A stretch of DNA of 64,000 nt from assembly GCA_965220965.1 (NCBI GenBank), contig OZ244852.1, positions 192,001 to 256,000 on the forward strand. The letters are read 5' to 3'. The position numbers were made by a program, and so were the translations under genes. This DNA is from Candidatus Marinacidobacterium sp. (GTDB lineage Bacteria > Acidobacteriota > Vicinamibacteria > Marinacidobacterales > Marinacidobacteraceae). Under the pieces are notes generated by a model. It ran no database searches and was not told the DNA's origin. It was given only the letters and a program-made list of their open reading frames with translations. Below are positions 1 through 9,839 of the stretch, in pieces (the stretch's first letter is position 1; every line of letters starts with the position of its first letter).

Positions 1-288
1 GGGGTGAAGTTCGCCTACGGAACCGACGCCGCGGTGTTCCCGCACGGGCGGAACGCCCGCGACTTCGCGATCATGGTGGACGAAATGGACATCTCCCCGA
101 TGGACGCCATCCGGACCGCCACGATGAACGCGGCGGAGCTGCTGGGCTGGGAGGCCGACCTCGGGTCGGTGGAAGACGGCAAGCTGGCCGACATCATCGC
201 GGTCGAGGGCAACCCGCTGGATGACATCCGTCGTCTCGAAGAGGTCGCCTTCGTGATGAAGGGCGGCGAGATCTACAAGCGGCCCTGA
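1..288 (+). CDS. Amidohydrolase family protein, C-terminal fragment (truncated by window start)
   Basis: GTDA, AT.NAAELLG and GS(V/I)E.GK.AD(I/L)IAV.GNPL.DI motifs typical of the amidohydrolase C-terminus. Confidence 0.85.
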   Translation, partial: GVKFAYGTDAAVFPHGRNARDFAIMVDEMDISPMDAIRTATMNAAELLGWEADLGSVEDGKLADIIAVEGNPLDDIRRLEEVAFVMKGGEIYKRP

Positions 289-313
289 CGCCGATACGCC
301 TGCCGGCGACGCC

Positions 314-1756
314 TCAGCCGAGTCCGTCGAGGAACCGGCGGAGGAGGTCCAGCATCTCGTCGATGTGGCTCGCGTGGGTGCGGAAGATGCCGATGGAGGG
401 GCGCATCCAGAAACGGTCGTCCAGATAGGTCGCGGTGAAGAAGATCCGCCCGTCGTCGTGGAAGCGCCGCAGCAGCCGCCGGTTCGCCTCGTCCGTCTCT
501 TCCGGGCCCAGCCCCGCCGGGGTCCACCGGAAGCACATCGTGGAGAGCTCCGGCGCCGGCCCGACCTCGATCTCCGGCCAGCCGCCCAGCGTCTCCTGGA
601 GGTAGCGGGCGAGAAGCCACTTCTCCTCGAGCGCGGCCGCGAAGGCGTCCACCCCGTAGAGCGCGAGCGGCAGGAACATCCGCATCGCGCGGAAGTGCCG
701 CGTCAGTTCGATCGAGCATTCGGACGGCGAGGGCTCGGGCTGGGGGCCGTCCACCAGGTAGGCGGCGCCGAAGCGGAAGGTCTCCAGATGCGCCGCGTTC
801 CGCAGGACGACCGCCCCGATCCCGTAGGGCAGGAACAGGCTCTTGTGCGGGTCGAGGACGACCGAGTCCGCCCGTTCGATGCCCCGGAAGACCTCTCTCC
901 GATCCGGGACGAGGAGAAAGAAGCCCCCGTAGGCGGCGTCCACGTGGTGCCAGAGCCCTTCGGCGTCGGCGATGTCCTGGACCGCTCCCATCGGATCCAC
1001 CGCCCCGGTGTTCGTCGTCCCGGCGGATGTCACGACGAGCCACGGATCGAGGCCTTCGGAGCGGTCCGCCGCCACCTGGCGGGCCAGCGATCCGGGGTCC
1101 ATCCGGTAGCCGGCGTCCACCGCCACTGTCCGGATCGGGGCCTCGCCCAGCCCCGCCAGATGCACCGCCTTCCGGACCGAATAGTGCTCCTGGTCCGATA
1201 CGTAGACGACCGCCCGCGGAAAGTCCCGGGCGCGCAGTCCCCGGGCCTCCCGGGCGGCGATGATCGCGGTGAGCCCCGCGACGCTCCCGCCGGAGGTCAG
1301 GGTTCCGCCGAACCCGTCGGGGTAGCCGACGACCCGGCCGATCCAGTCCACCATCCGGTTCTCGAGGATGGCGGCCCCCGGCGAGGCCGGGAAGTAACCG
1401 GCGTACTCGTTGCCGACGGCGGCCAGGTAGTCCCCGAGCGAAGACGCATAGATCCCGCCTCCCGGAACCCAGCCGAGATCGCGCGGCGAGGCCGGGTTCA
1501 GCCCCTGCTGCTCGACCTCGCGGCGCACGAGGTCCAGGATCTCGTCGACGGGGCGCCCGGTCCCGCCGATCTCGAGGCCGGCGATCCCGGGCGAGCCCGT
1601 CGGGGGATACCACGAGGGCCCGTCCCGGAGCGCCTCCACGAACCGGTCGCCGTGCCCCATCACGGCGCGGGTCAGCTCGCGGCGGGCGTCCCGACCCGGC
1701 TCCAGCGCGGCGGAGCGGCGCCGCAGTTCCTCGGCGCGGTCGCGCAGCGCGCTCAT
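314..1756 (-). CDS. Group II PLP-dependent decarboxylase (aromatic amino acid/glutamate decarboxylase family)
   Basis: HYSV.KA, SAGTTNTGAVD, W.HVDAAYGG and DPHK (PLP lysine) motifs. Start ATG 1756 overlaps the upstream stop (ATGA); the ORF-track extension to 2791 is spurious. Confidence 0.9.
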   Translation of the reverse strand: MSALRDRAEELRRRSAALEPGRDARRELTRAVMGHGDRFVEALRDGPSWYPPTGSPGIAGLEIGGTGRPVDEILDLVRREVEQQGLNPASPRDLGWVPGGGIYASSLGDYLAAVGNEYAGYFPASPGAAILENRMVDWIGRVVGYPDGFGGTLTSGGSVAGLTAIIAAREARGLRARDFPRAVVYVSDQEHYSVRKAVHLAGLGEAPIRTVAVDAGYRMDPGSLARQVAADRSEGLDPWLVVTSAGTTNTGAVDPMGAVQDIADAEGLWHHVDAAYGGFFLLVPDRREVFRGIERADSVVLDPHKSLFLPYGIGAVVLRNAAHLETFRFGAAYLVDGPQPEPSPSECSIELTRHFRAMRMFLPLALYGVDAFAAALEEKWLLARYLQETLGGWPEIEVGPAPELSTMCFRWTPAGLGPEETDEANRRLLRRFHDDGRIFFTATYLDDRFWMRPSIGIFRTHASHIDEMLDLLRRFLDGLG

Positions 1757-3183
1757 GACTCCGTCGCGGCGGGGCGTTCCAGCCGGGCGCCCAGCAGGTA
1801 GCCGAGCAGGCTCAGCGCGGTGAGTCCGACCGCCGGCGGCGTCGGCAAGCCGGCGGGAAGGAGAAACGGCTCGAAGAACCACTCCCAGCCGAGTCCGGCG
1901 TGAAGGGCCCAGGGCAACGCGCCTCCCCCCATCGCGCCGAGCGCGGCGGCGCCGCCTCCGGAGCGGGTGAAGAGGCCGAGCGACAACGGGACGAAGAGTC
2001 CGACGAGGGTGAGTTCGTACGCGTCCTCGAGCAGCGCCCAGGCGCCGGATCCCCGGAACGCGTAGAGAAGACTCGCGCCCCCGACGACGGCCACCGACAG
2101 GCGGCTGAGCCGCAACGGAGACGCCCTGGGAAAGCCGCGCCGCAAGAGGTTCTGCGCCAGGACGGAGGCCGCCGATACTAGCGCGCTGTCCACGGTCGAA
2201 AGCGCGGCGGAAATGACGACCAGAACGAGCCCGAGCGCGGCCAGCGGGCTGAACAGGGCGGAGGTCAGGGCGCCCAGCAGGTCGGCGCCGGACGCTGCCG
2301 GGAGCAGCAGCGGGGCGGCGAGCCCCAGCCCGACCGGGATGAACCCGAGCGCCAGGTAGAGGCCGCCCGACAGCAGGCAGGCGCGCCGCGCGGTTCGCGC
2401 CGAGTTCGAGGCGAACACCCGCTGCAGAACGTCCTGGCCCGGGATGTTCCCGAGCGCTCCGGTGAGGAGGAGGCCGCACCACGCGAGCAGCATCGTGGGC
2501 TCCTCCGGGATGAGCGTGAGCCGGTCCGCCGGCGTCTCCGCCCCGAGCCGGGCGATTCCCGCCAGGAAGGAGCCGCCGCCGAGCGCCGCCATCGCCGAGA
2601 TTCCCAGCGCCAGCAGGCCGAACGCCACGACCGGCATCTGGACGGCGTCGGTGAGGGTCACCGACCACATGCCGCCGATCAGGGTGTAGCCCACGGCGAC
2701 GCCGGCGACGAGGAGCAGCGCCGCGGTCTGCGGGATCCCGAACAGGTTCCCGAGCAGGGAGGCGAGCACCAGGAACTGCGCCGCGATCCACCCGAAGTAA
2801 CTCGGGACCAGGATGATCGCGGAGACGAGTTCGGCGCGGCGTCCGAACCGCCGGGCGAAGAAGTCCCCGAGGGTGAGGATCCGGAGCCGGCGCAGCGGAG
2901 CGGCGTAGAACAGTCCCACCAGCACCAGGCAGATCCCCGGGCCGATCGGCTCGAGCGCCGCGGCGCTGAGTCCCGTGTCGCGGACTTCCTCCGCCGAGGC
3001 GAGAAGGGTCCCGGCGCCGAACCAGGTGGCGAGGAGGCTGAGCGTGGCCAGCCGGGTCGAGAGCCGGCGGCCGGCGACGATGTAGTCCTCGACGGTCCGG
3101 ACCCGGCGGCGGGCGACCGCGGCGAGGACGAAGAGCGCGGCGGCGTAGGCCATCAGGGCCGGAGCGGCGAGGGCGACGGTCAC
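1753..3183 (-). CDS. Sodium:solute symporter (SSS) family protein
   Basis: Polytopic hydrophobic protein; DYIVAGR, ATWFGAG, YTLIGGMWSVTLTDAVQ, QDVLQR, SAALSTVDS. Confidence 0.9.
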   Translation of the reverse strand: MTVALAAPALMAYAAALFVLAAVARRRVRTVEDYIVAGRRLSTRLATLSLLATWFGAGTLLASAEEVRDTGLSAAALEPIGPGICLVLVGLFYAAPLRRLRILTLGDFFARRFGRRAELVSAIILVPSYFGWIAAQFLVLASLLGNLFGIPQTAALLLVAGVAVGYTLIGGMWSVTLTDAVQMPVVAFGLLALGISAMAALGGGSFLAGIARLGAETPADRLTLIPEEPTMLLAWCGLLLTGALGNIPGQDVLQRVFASNSARTARRACLLSGGLYLALGFIPVGLGLAAPLLLPAASGADLLGALTSALFSPLAALGLVLVVISAALSTVDSALVSAASVLAQNLLRRGFPRASPLRLSRLSVAVVGGASLLYAFRGSGAWALLEDAYELTLVGLFVPLSLGLFTRSGGGAAALGAMGGGALPWALHAGLGWEWFFEPFLLPAGLPTPPAVGLTALSLLGYLLGARLERPAATES

Positions 3184-3237
3184 CGGTCCGACGACTCCTC
3201 CCCGAGCGCCGTTACCGCGCGGGCGATCGGATCCCGC

Positions 3238-4683
3238 TTACTTTCGGGACCGGTCGGAGCCGCCATGGAGCCGGGCGACGGCCTCGCCCATCGCGGCGGA
3301 GTCCGGTCGACCGCGCCACCCGAACCCCAGCATCGCCGCGAGGCTCAGAGGGAGCGCCGCGACGATGGGCTCCACCCGGACCGGGAGCGCGCCGCCGAAC
3401 AGCAGCAGGAGGACGTAGACGCCCGATCCGGTGACCAGCGCCGCCACGCCGCCGGCCAGATTCGCCCGCCGCCACCAGAGGCCGAACACCACCGGGACGA
3501 AGAGGCCGGCGGAGAGCAGCCCCACCCCCGCGGTGTAGAAGCGGGTGAGCAGCTCGGGGGGAGACCACGCCCAGACGAGCGCCGCGGCCCCCACGATCCA
3601 TGTCGCGGCGAGCCGGACGACGGCCTGCGTGCGGGCGCTCCGGCGGCCGAGCACGCCTCCCAGCAGGTCGTGGGTCACCGCGGAGCTGACCGCCAGCAGG
3701 AAGGCGTCGGTGGTGGACATGACCGCCGCCAGCACGGCGGCGACGGCGAGCCCCCGGAGCAGCGGCGGGAAGTGCTCGCCCACCACGCGGAGGAACACTT
3801 CGTCCGGGTCGGTCAGCCCGGGGAACTCGAGGACTCCCACCGGAGCGATGATCAGGATCGCCGCGAGGATCATGACGCCGTAGCCGGCGGTGGCGAGGTT
3901 CAGCGACAGGCGCGCGCTCTCGGGGTTCCGGGCGGTCGAGACCCGCATGACGATGTGGGGGATCACCGGAATCGCCGTGGCCCAGATGAGGAAATAGCTG
4001 AGGTAGCCGGAGCCCCCGGCCGGTAGTTGTCCGAAGGCGGGGACGGCGGCGGTGGCCTCGCCGAGCGCCGCGAACGGAGAGCCGGAGGCGAGCGCGAGGA
4101 GAACGGCGGTCGCCCCCATGAGCAGGAACAGCAGCGCGCCCTGGAGGACATCGGTCACGGTCACCGCGACCATCCCGCCGAAGGACACGTAGAGCACGAA
4201 GACGACCGTCGCCCAGGTGATCGCGGTGCGGTAGTCGAGCCCCAGCAACGCCTCGGCGGTGATCCCGGCGGCCTTCATCTGCGAGACCATGTAGACCGTC
4301 AGCGAGATGATGATCAGCGTCGGGACGAGTCCCCGGACCACCGCGTGGGGGTAACGGAAGACGAGGAAGTCGGTGATCGTGAATTTGCCCAGCCGCCGCA
4401 GCGGACCCGCGACCAGAATCGTCGCCAGCGGGAATCCGAGAACCGCGCCGGCGAACAGCGCCAGGGTCGCGGGGATGCCGTCGCGATAGGCGAGTCCCAC
4501 AACGCCCACCAGCGAGCCGCCGCTCGCGAGCGCCGCCAGGATGGCGAGCGCGTTCACCCAGGCCCCGACGCGCCTCCCCGCGACCCAGTACTCGTCGGCC
4601 GATCCCAGGACCCGGCGGCTCGCCAGCGCGCCGACCGCCACGCACACCACGAGGTAGGCGAGGACGAGCCAGCGCTCGATCAC
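3238..4683 (-). CDS. Sodium:solute symporter (ActP-like clade)
   Basis: EYWVAGR, GKFTITDF, YVSFGGM, PHIVMR, AAVMSTTD. Probable GTG start at 4683 overlaps the upstream stop. Confidence 0.88.
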   Translation of the reverse strand: MIERWLVLAYLVVCVAVGALASRRVLGSADEYWVAGRRVGAWVNALAILAALASGGSLVGVVGLAYRDGIPATLALFAGAVLGFPLATILVAGPLRRLGKFTITDFLVFRYPHAVVRGLVPTLIIISLTVYMVSQMKAAGITAEALLGLDYRTAITWATVVFVLYVSFGGMVAVTVTDVLQGALLFLLMGATAVLLALASGSPFAALGEATAAVPAFGQLPAGGSGYLSYFLIWATAIPVIPHIVMRVSTARNPESARLSLNLATAGYGVMILAAILIIAPVGVLEFPGLTDPDEVFLRVVGEHFPPLLRGLAVAAVLAAVMSTTDAFLLAVSSAVTHDLLGGVLGRRSARTQAVVRLAATWIVGAAALVWAWSPPELLTRFYTAGVGLLSAGLFVPVVFGLWWRRANLAGGVAALVTGSGVYVLLLLFGGALPVRVEPIVAALPLSLAAMLGFGWRGRPDSAAMGEAVARLHGGSDRSRK

Positions 4684-4907
4684 GTCCGGCTCCGACGGGC
4701 GCGCCGCTCGGCGAAGAGCAGCGACAGCAGCAGGAGCGGCGAGCCCACGAGCAGCGCCGCCATGAACCAGCCGAACAGCGCAACGCCGCCGACTTCGATG
4801 CGGCCGAACACCGGGAGGAACGCCATCGCCGAGAATCCGACGAGCGCCCACAGCGCCCGCCGCTCACGCCGCGGCATGGCGAAGAACTGGTTCGGGCGGT
4901 CTTCCAC
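4680..4907 (-). CDS. Small two-TM accessory membrane protein of the SSS transporter
   Basis: About 75 aa with two hydrophobic segments, coupled (GTGA) to the SSS gene as is common for SSS accessory subunits. Start uncertain (GTG 4907 or ATG 4877). Confidence 0.6.
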   Translation of the reverse strand: MEDRPNQFFAMPRRERRALWALVGFSAMAFLPVFGRIEVGGVALFGWFMAALLVGSPLLLLSLLFAERRARRSRT

Positions 4908-4979
4908 GATGGCGGTCCGCGGCGCCGGAGTGTACGGGGCCGGGGCCCGCTCGGGTAGGCTGCCGGGCCGTCGGGGCGC

Positions 4980-5798
4980 GTGCGCGTGCGGATCATCACC
5001 TGGAACCTGAACTCGATCCGGACCCGGCGCGCGCGCCTGCTGAAGCTGCTGGAGCGGCATGAGCCCGACGTGCTGTGCCTCCAGGAACTGCGGGCCGAGG
5101 CCGAGGTGTTCCCGTGGCTGCCGGTCGAGGCGGCCGGCTATCACGCTGTTGTCCACGCGCAGGCGGCGCGGAACGGCGTCGCGGTGCTCTCGAAGGAGCG
5201 GGCGGTCGTGCGCCGGCGGGGGCTCCCCCCGTGCGAGCGCCGGGGCGAGGCGCGCCTGCTGGATGTGGAGGTCGCCGGGCTGCGGGTCATCTCCGCCTAT
5301 GTGCCGAACGGCAAGTCGCCGAAGCACCCCGACTGGGCCTACAAGCTGGAATGGCTGGACGCGCTGGCCGCCCATCTGGCCTCCGGGGCCGATCCGGAGC
5401 AGCCGCTGGTCGTCGCCGGCGACTTCAATGTGGCCCCCGCCGACTGCGACGCCGCGACCGCGAACCCCGACGGCGTCCTCTGTCATCCTGACGCCCGCGC
5501 CGCGCTCCGGAGGGTCGCCGCCTGGGGGCTCGCCGACGCGTTCCGGATGGCCTTTCCGGAGGGTCAGGAGTCCGACCGGAACCTCTACACCTGGTGGGAC
5601 TACACCCGGCTCTCCTTCCCCCGGAACGCCGGCGCCCGGATCGACCACCTCTACCTGACCGCGCCCCTGCGTCCGCATCTCCGTAAAGTGTTCGTGGACC
5701 GGGACGAACGGCGACAGAAGAAGGGCCAGGATGTCCCCTCGGATCACGCCCCGCTGATCCTGGATCTGGAGCTCCCCGCGCGACCTTCCGGCGGTTGA
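4980..5798 (+). CDS. xth: Exodeoxyribonuclease III / AP endonuclease
   Basis: ITWNLNSIR, LCLQE, YVPNG, GDFNVAP, YTWWDY, RIDH and SDHAP motifs. Confidence 0.93.
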   Translation: MRVRIITWNLNSIRTRRARLLKLLERHEPDVLCLQELRAEAEVFPWLPVEAAGYHAVVHAQAARNGVAVLSKERAVVRRRGLPPCERRGEARLLDVEVAGLRVISAYVPNGKSPKHPDWAYKLEWLDALAAHLASGADPEQPLVVAGDFNVAPADCDAATANPDGVLCHPDARAALRRVAAWGLADAFRMAFPEGQESDRNLYTWWDYTRLSFPRNAGARIDHLYLTAPLRPHLRKVFVDRDERRQKKGQDVPSDHAPLILDLELPARPSGG

Positions 5799-5859
5799 AC
5801 CGGAGCGCTCCATCGGGTAGGATGGGAGCCCAAATACGGAGACCGGCATCGGGGGGCCA

Positions 5860-8412
5860 ATGGGGTCGAAGCTGGTCCGTCGGATCCTCTTCATGCGACC
5901 CGTTCCTTCCCGCCGAAGCCGCCTTGCGGGCCTTGTGGGCGGGCTGGTGTGTCTGGGCGCCGCGGCGAGCGCCGGGGCGGCGCAGACCGGCCCCTCGCTG
6001 GCGGCGGTGCGCGCCTGGGAGCCTGCGGCCGAAGCGGTGGAGACGTCCCGGGCGGCCACGGTGGCGACGGAGCACAACGCCACGCTCCGCACCTACTGCA
6101 TGGTCTGCCACAACGACCGGATGCGGACCGGGAACATGTCGCTCGCCGATTTCGACGCGGCGGACGCGCCGGCGAGCGCGGAGCTCGCCGAGAAGGTGAT
6201 CTCCAAGCTCCAGCTCGGCATGATGCCGCCTCCGGGCGCCCGCCGTCCGGAAGAGGACGCGCTGCTCGAGATCGCGGTCTCGCTCGAGGACCAGCTCGAC
6301 GCTTCGGCGGCGGCGAACCCGAACCCGGGTCGGCGGTCCTTCCAGCGGCTGAACCGGGCCGAGTACTCGGCCGCGATCGAGGACCTGCTCGCGCTTCCGG
6401 TGGACGCGGCCGACTACCTGCCGCAGGACACGCTCAGCGCGAACTTCGACAACATCGCCGATGTCCAGTTGCTGTCGGCGACGCTCATGGATTCCTTCCT
6501 GCGCGCGGCCAGCGAGATCAGCCGGCTGGCGGTCGGGGATCCGGACGCCGCCGCCGCCGAGAAGGGCTACCACGTCAGTCGCTGGGCCTCGCAGCTCGAC
6601 CAGGTCGAAGGCGCTCCTTACGGGACCCGGGGCGGCCTGGTGGTCGATCACGTCTTTCCGGCGGACGGCGAATACCGCTTCCGGGTGGCCTTCCATCACG
6701 AGACCACCGGCGCGATCGTGGGATCGGGGTCGAGTTCGCTCCACACCTATGACGCTCCCGAACAGGTCGAGATCTCGATCGACGGCAAGCGGGTGGCCCT
6801 GCTGGATGTGGGCCGCTGGATGCATGTGTCCGATCCCGACGGGGTCAACCTCCGGACCGAGCCGATCTTCGTCAAGGCCGGGCCCCGCCGGCTGGCGGCC
6901 GTCTTCCCGAAGCACTTCGAGGGTCCGGTCCTCGATCTGATCTCGCCGCACGACTGGTCGCTCGCCAGCACCGCGACCTCGCGGACCTACGGGATCCACA
7001 ACGTTCCCCACCTGCGGGATCTCTTCATCACCGGCCCGTTCGATCCGACGGGGGTTTCGGCGACGCCGAGCCGCGAACGGATCTTCAGTTGCCGTCCGCT
7101 GGCTGCGGAGGAGGCGCGCGACTGCGCCGAGGAGATCCTCGGGCGGCTGGGGCGTCTGGCGTACCGGGGGAGCCTGAGCGAGGAGAACCTGGATGCGCTG
7201 CTCGCGCTCTACGACGCGGGAGAGGCGGAGGCCGGTTTCGAGGAAGGCATCCGGATGGGGATCGAGGGGATGCTGGCGAGTCCGAACTTCGTGTTCCGGA
7301 TCGAGGAGCCGGTGGACCCGAGGGAGGCGGCCTACGGTTACCGGCTGAGCGGGTTGGATCTCGCGTCGCGGCTGTCGTTCTTCCTCTGGGGAACGATCCC
7401 CGACGAGGAACTCCTCGACGTCGCCGTTTCCGACCAGCTCCACGAGCCGGAGGTATTCGAGGCGCAGGTGCTGCGGATGCTTCGGGATCCGCGTTCGAAG
7501 GCGCTCGCGAGCCGCTTCGCGTCGCAGTGGTTCCGGCTTCAGGATCTCGAGAAGATGAACCCGGTCGTCCGGTTCTTCCCCGACTTCCACCAGCAGTTGA
7601 AGACGGCGATGGTGGAGGAGACCGAGCGGTTCTTCCACCACCTGGTGGCGGAGGACCGGAGCATTTTCGAGCTCTTCACCGCGGACTACACGTTCGTGAA
7701 CGAGCGCCTCGCGCATCACTACGGGATCGAGGGAGTCTCCGGCCCGGAACACCGGATGGTCCGTTACCCGGATGACATGCGTCGGGGCATCTTCGGGCAC
7801 GGCAGCATGCTGACGCTGACCTCGCACCCCTACCAGACCTCGGCGGTTCTGCGCGGCAAATGGATCATGGAGGTCCTGCTCGGCAGCCCGCCGCCGCCGC
7901 CGCCGCCCGATGTGCCCGAGCTGGAAGCTCCGGAAGGGGGCGAGACGGTTCGCGAACTGACGGCGCGGGAGGCGCTGGAGATCCACCGGGACAACCCGGC
8001 GTGCCGTTCCTGCCACCGGATGATGGACCCGATCGGGCTGGCGATGGAGCAGTTCGATGTGACCGGCCGGCTCCGGGTGAAGGACGCCGGGCAGCCGGTG
8101 GACGCCTCGGGCGAGTTCTACGACGGGACGGCGATCACCGACGTGAGGGACCTGCGGGCGGCGCTGCTGAAGCGCCCGGTCCCGATGCTGCGGACGTTCA
8201 CCGAGAACCTGATGGCGTATGCGCTGGGCCGGCGGGTGGAGCACTACGACCAGCCGCGGATCCGCGAGATCGTGCGGGAGGCGGAGGCGTCGGACTACCG
8301 GATGTCGGCGTTCATCCTGGGGGTGGCGCGGAGTCCGGCGTTCCAGGAGAAGGGTCGCGCGCCGGCGGAGCCGGAGGCGACGGTGGCCGGGGAAGCCGGC
8401 CTGGAGAACTGA
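5860..8412 (+). CDS. Exported di-heme cytochrome c DUF1592-type protein (DUF1587/1595/1592/1588/1585 architecture), copy 1
   Basis: Signal peptide; CMVCH followed by MMPP; RLNRAEY; LASRLSFFLW..PD; DYTFVNERLA.HYG; poly-Pro followed by CRSCH. Start may be ATG 5893. Confidence 0.88.
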   Translation: MGSKLVRRILFMRPVPSRRSRLAGLVGGLVCLGAAASAGAAQTGPSLAAVRAWEPAAEAVETSRAATVATEHNATLRTYCMVCHNDRMRTGNMSLADFDAADAPASAELAEKVISKLQLGMMPPPGARRPEEDALLEIAVSLEDQLDASAAANPNPGRRSFQRLNRAEYSAAIEDLLALPVDAADYLPQDTLSANFDNIADVQLLSATLMDSFLRAASEISRLAVGDPDAAAAEKGYHVSRWASQLDQVEGAPYGTRGGLVVDHVFPADGEYRFRVAFHHETTGAIVGSGSSSLHTYDAPEQVEISIDGKRVALLDVGRWMHVSDPDGVNLRTEPIFVKAGPRRLAAVFPKHFEGPVLDLISPHDWSLASTATSRTYGIHNVPHLRDLFITGPFDPTGVSATPSRERIFSCRPLAAEEARDCAEEILGRLGRLAYRGSLSEENLDALLALYDAGEAEAGFEEGIRMGIEGMLASPNFVFRIEEPVDPREAAYGYRLSGLDLASRLSFFLWGTIPDEELLDVAVSDQLHEPEVFEAQVLRMLRDPRSKALASRFASQWFRLQDLEKMNPVVRFFPDFHQQLKTAMVEETERFFHHLVAEDRSIFELFTADYTFVNERLAHHYGIEGVSGPEHRMVRYPDDMRRGIFGHGSMLTLTSHPYQTSAVLRGKWIMEVLLGSPPPPPPPDVPELEAPEGGETVRELTAREALEIHRDNPACRSCHRMMDPIGLAMEQFDVTGRLRVKDAGQPVDASGEFYDGTAITDVRDLRAALLKRPVPMLRTFTENLMAYALGRRVEHYDQPRIREIVREAEASDYRMSAFILGVARSPAFQEKGRAPAEPEATVAGEAGLEN

Positions 8413-9839
8413 CGGGCCCCACGGGGTCTATCGACACAGGAGAGAGTGATGAACTACCTGACCGGGAAGAGCCTTCCGAGGCGGACGTTTCTGCGGGGAG
8501 CGGGGGCGACGGTTGCGCTGCCGTTCCTGGAGGCGATGGTTCCGGCGAGCGCGGTGGCGCGGCCGAACCTGAAGTCGGACCCGACGCGGCTGGTTGCGGT
8601 GGAGATCGTGCACGGCGCGGCGGGGAGCAACAAGTACGGGCGTTCGCAGCACCTGTGGTCTCCGGAGAAGGCGGGGACGGACTTCGACCTGTCGAAGGGG
8701 GCGCTGGCGCCCTTGGAGCCGGTGCGCGACTACGTGACGATCGTGAGCGACACGGACGTTGAGCCGGCGGAGGCGCGGACGGCGCGGGAGATCGGAGGGG
8801 ACCACTTCCGTTCGAGCGCGGCGTTCCTGACGCAGTCGTATCCGAAGCAGACGGAGAGTTCGGACGTGTTTGCGGGTACGTCGATGGACCAGATGTATGC
8901 GCAGCGTTTCGGGCAGGACACGCCGATCCCGTCGATGCAGTTGTGCATCGAGACGGTGGACCAGGCTGGCGGGTGCGCGTATGGGTATGCGTGCGTGTAC
9001 ACGGACACGATCAGTTGGGCGTCGCCGACGGAGCCGCTGCCGATGACGCGGGATCCGCGGATCGTGTTCGACCAGTTGTTCGGCGCCGGCGGGACGCCGG
9101 AGGGCCGGGTTGCGCGGCAGGCGGCGCGGCAGAGCGTTCTGGACTTCATCAGTTCGGAGGTGAAGAGCCTGTCGCGGGCGCTGGATCCGGAGGACGTTCG
9201 GCGGATGGACCGGTACATGACGGACATCCGTGAGATGGAGCGGCGGATCGAGCGGATCGTGGAGCGGAACACGAGCGGTGAGCTGCGGGATCTGCCGGAC
9301 GCGCCGGCGGGGGTTCCGGACTCGTTCGACGAGCACGTGAAGATCATGTTCGACCTGCAGGCGCTGGCGTTCCAGTCGGACATGACGCGGGTGTTCAGCT
9401 TCAAGCTGGGTCGGGACGCGTCGAGCCGGGTGTATCCGGAGAGCGGAGAGCCGACGGCGTTCCATCCGGCGTCGCACCACGGGAACTCGGAGGAGCGGGT
9501 GGAGATCCTGGGGAGGATCAACCGGTATCACGTGAGCCTGATTCCGTATTTCATGGAGAAGCTGCGGAGCATTCAGGAAGAGGACCGGACGCTGCTGGAC
9601 AAGACGATGATCCTGTATGGGTCGCCGATGGGGGACCCGAACATCCACAACCACAAGCGGGTTCCGTTCTTCGTGGCGGGTGGAGCGAACGGTGCGCTGG
9701 AGAACAACCTGCATCTGCGCGCGGAGGCGGGGACGCCGCTGGCGAACGTGATGCTGACGCTGCTGCACAAGCTGGGGCTGGACGATCTCGATCGCTTCGG
9801 GAACAGCACCGGGGAGTTCTCCCTCTCGGCGTAGACCGG
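6070..9839 (+). repeat. Copy 1 of a long direct repeat (DUF1592 mature region + intergenic + DUF1552); copy 2 at 12259..16028
   Basis: Constant 6189-bp offset at all anchors checked (6070/12259, 8446/14635, 9834/16023). Identity stops abruptly after TAGACCGG; left boundary approximate. Confidence 0.9.
8446..9834 (+). CDS. DUF1552 (HXXSHH) family protein, Tat-type signal, copy 1
   Basis: PRRTFLRGAG..VALPFLEAM N-terminus; HPASHH motif; Cys cluster LCIE..GGCAYGYAC; H.H motif near the C-terminus. Confidence 0.9.
   Translation: MMNYLTGKSLPRRTFLRGAGATVALPFLEAMVPASAVARPNLKSDPTRLVAVEIVHGAAGSNKYGRSQHLWSPEKAGTDFDLSKGALAPLEPVRDYVTIVSDTDVEPAEARTAREIGGDHFRSSAAFLTQSYPKQTESSDVFAGTSMDQMYAQRFGQDTPIPSMQLCIETVDQAGGCAYGYACVYTDTISWASPTEPLPMTRDPRIVFDQLFGAGGTPEGRVARQAARQSVLDFISSEVKSLSRALDPEDVRRMDRYMTDIREMERRIERIVERNTSGELRDLPDAPAGVPDSFDEHVKIMFDLQALAFQSDMTRVFSFKLGRDASSRVYPESGEPTAFHPASHHGNSEERVEILGRINRYHVSLIPYFMEKLRSIQEEDRTLLDKTMILYGSPMGDPNIHNHKRVPFFVAGGANGALENNLHLRAEAGTPLANVMLTLLHKLGLDDLDRFGNSTGEFSLSA

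Noticed and set aside
7888-7908. (CCG)n microsatellite as a phase-variation tract
   Set aside because: It encodes the family-typical poly-Pro before the second heme motif, and copy 2 uses mixed codons at the same length
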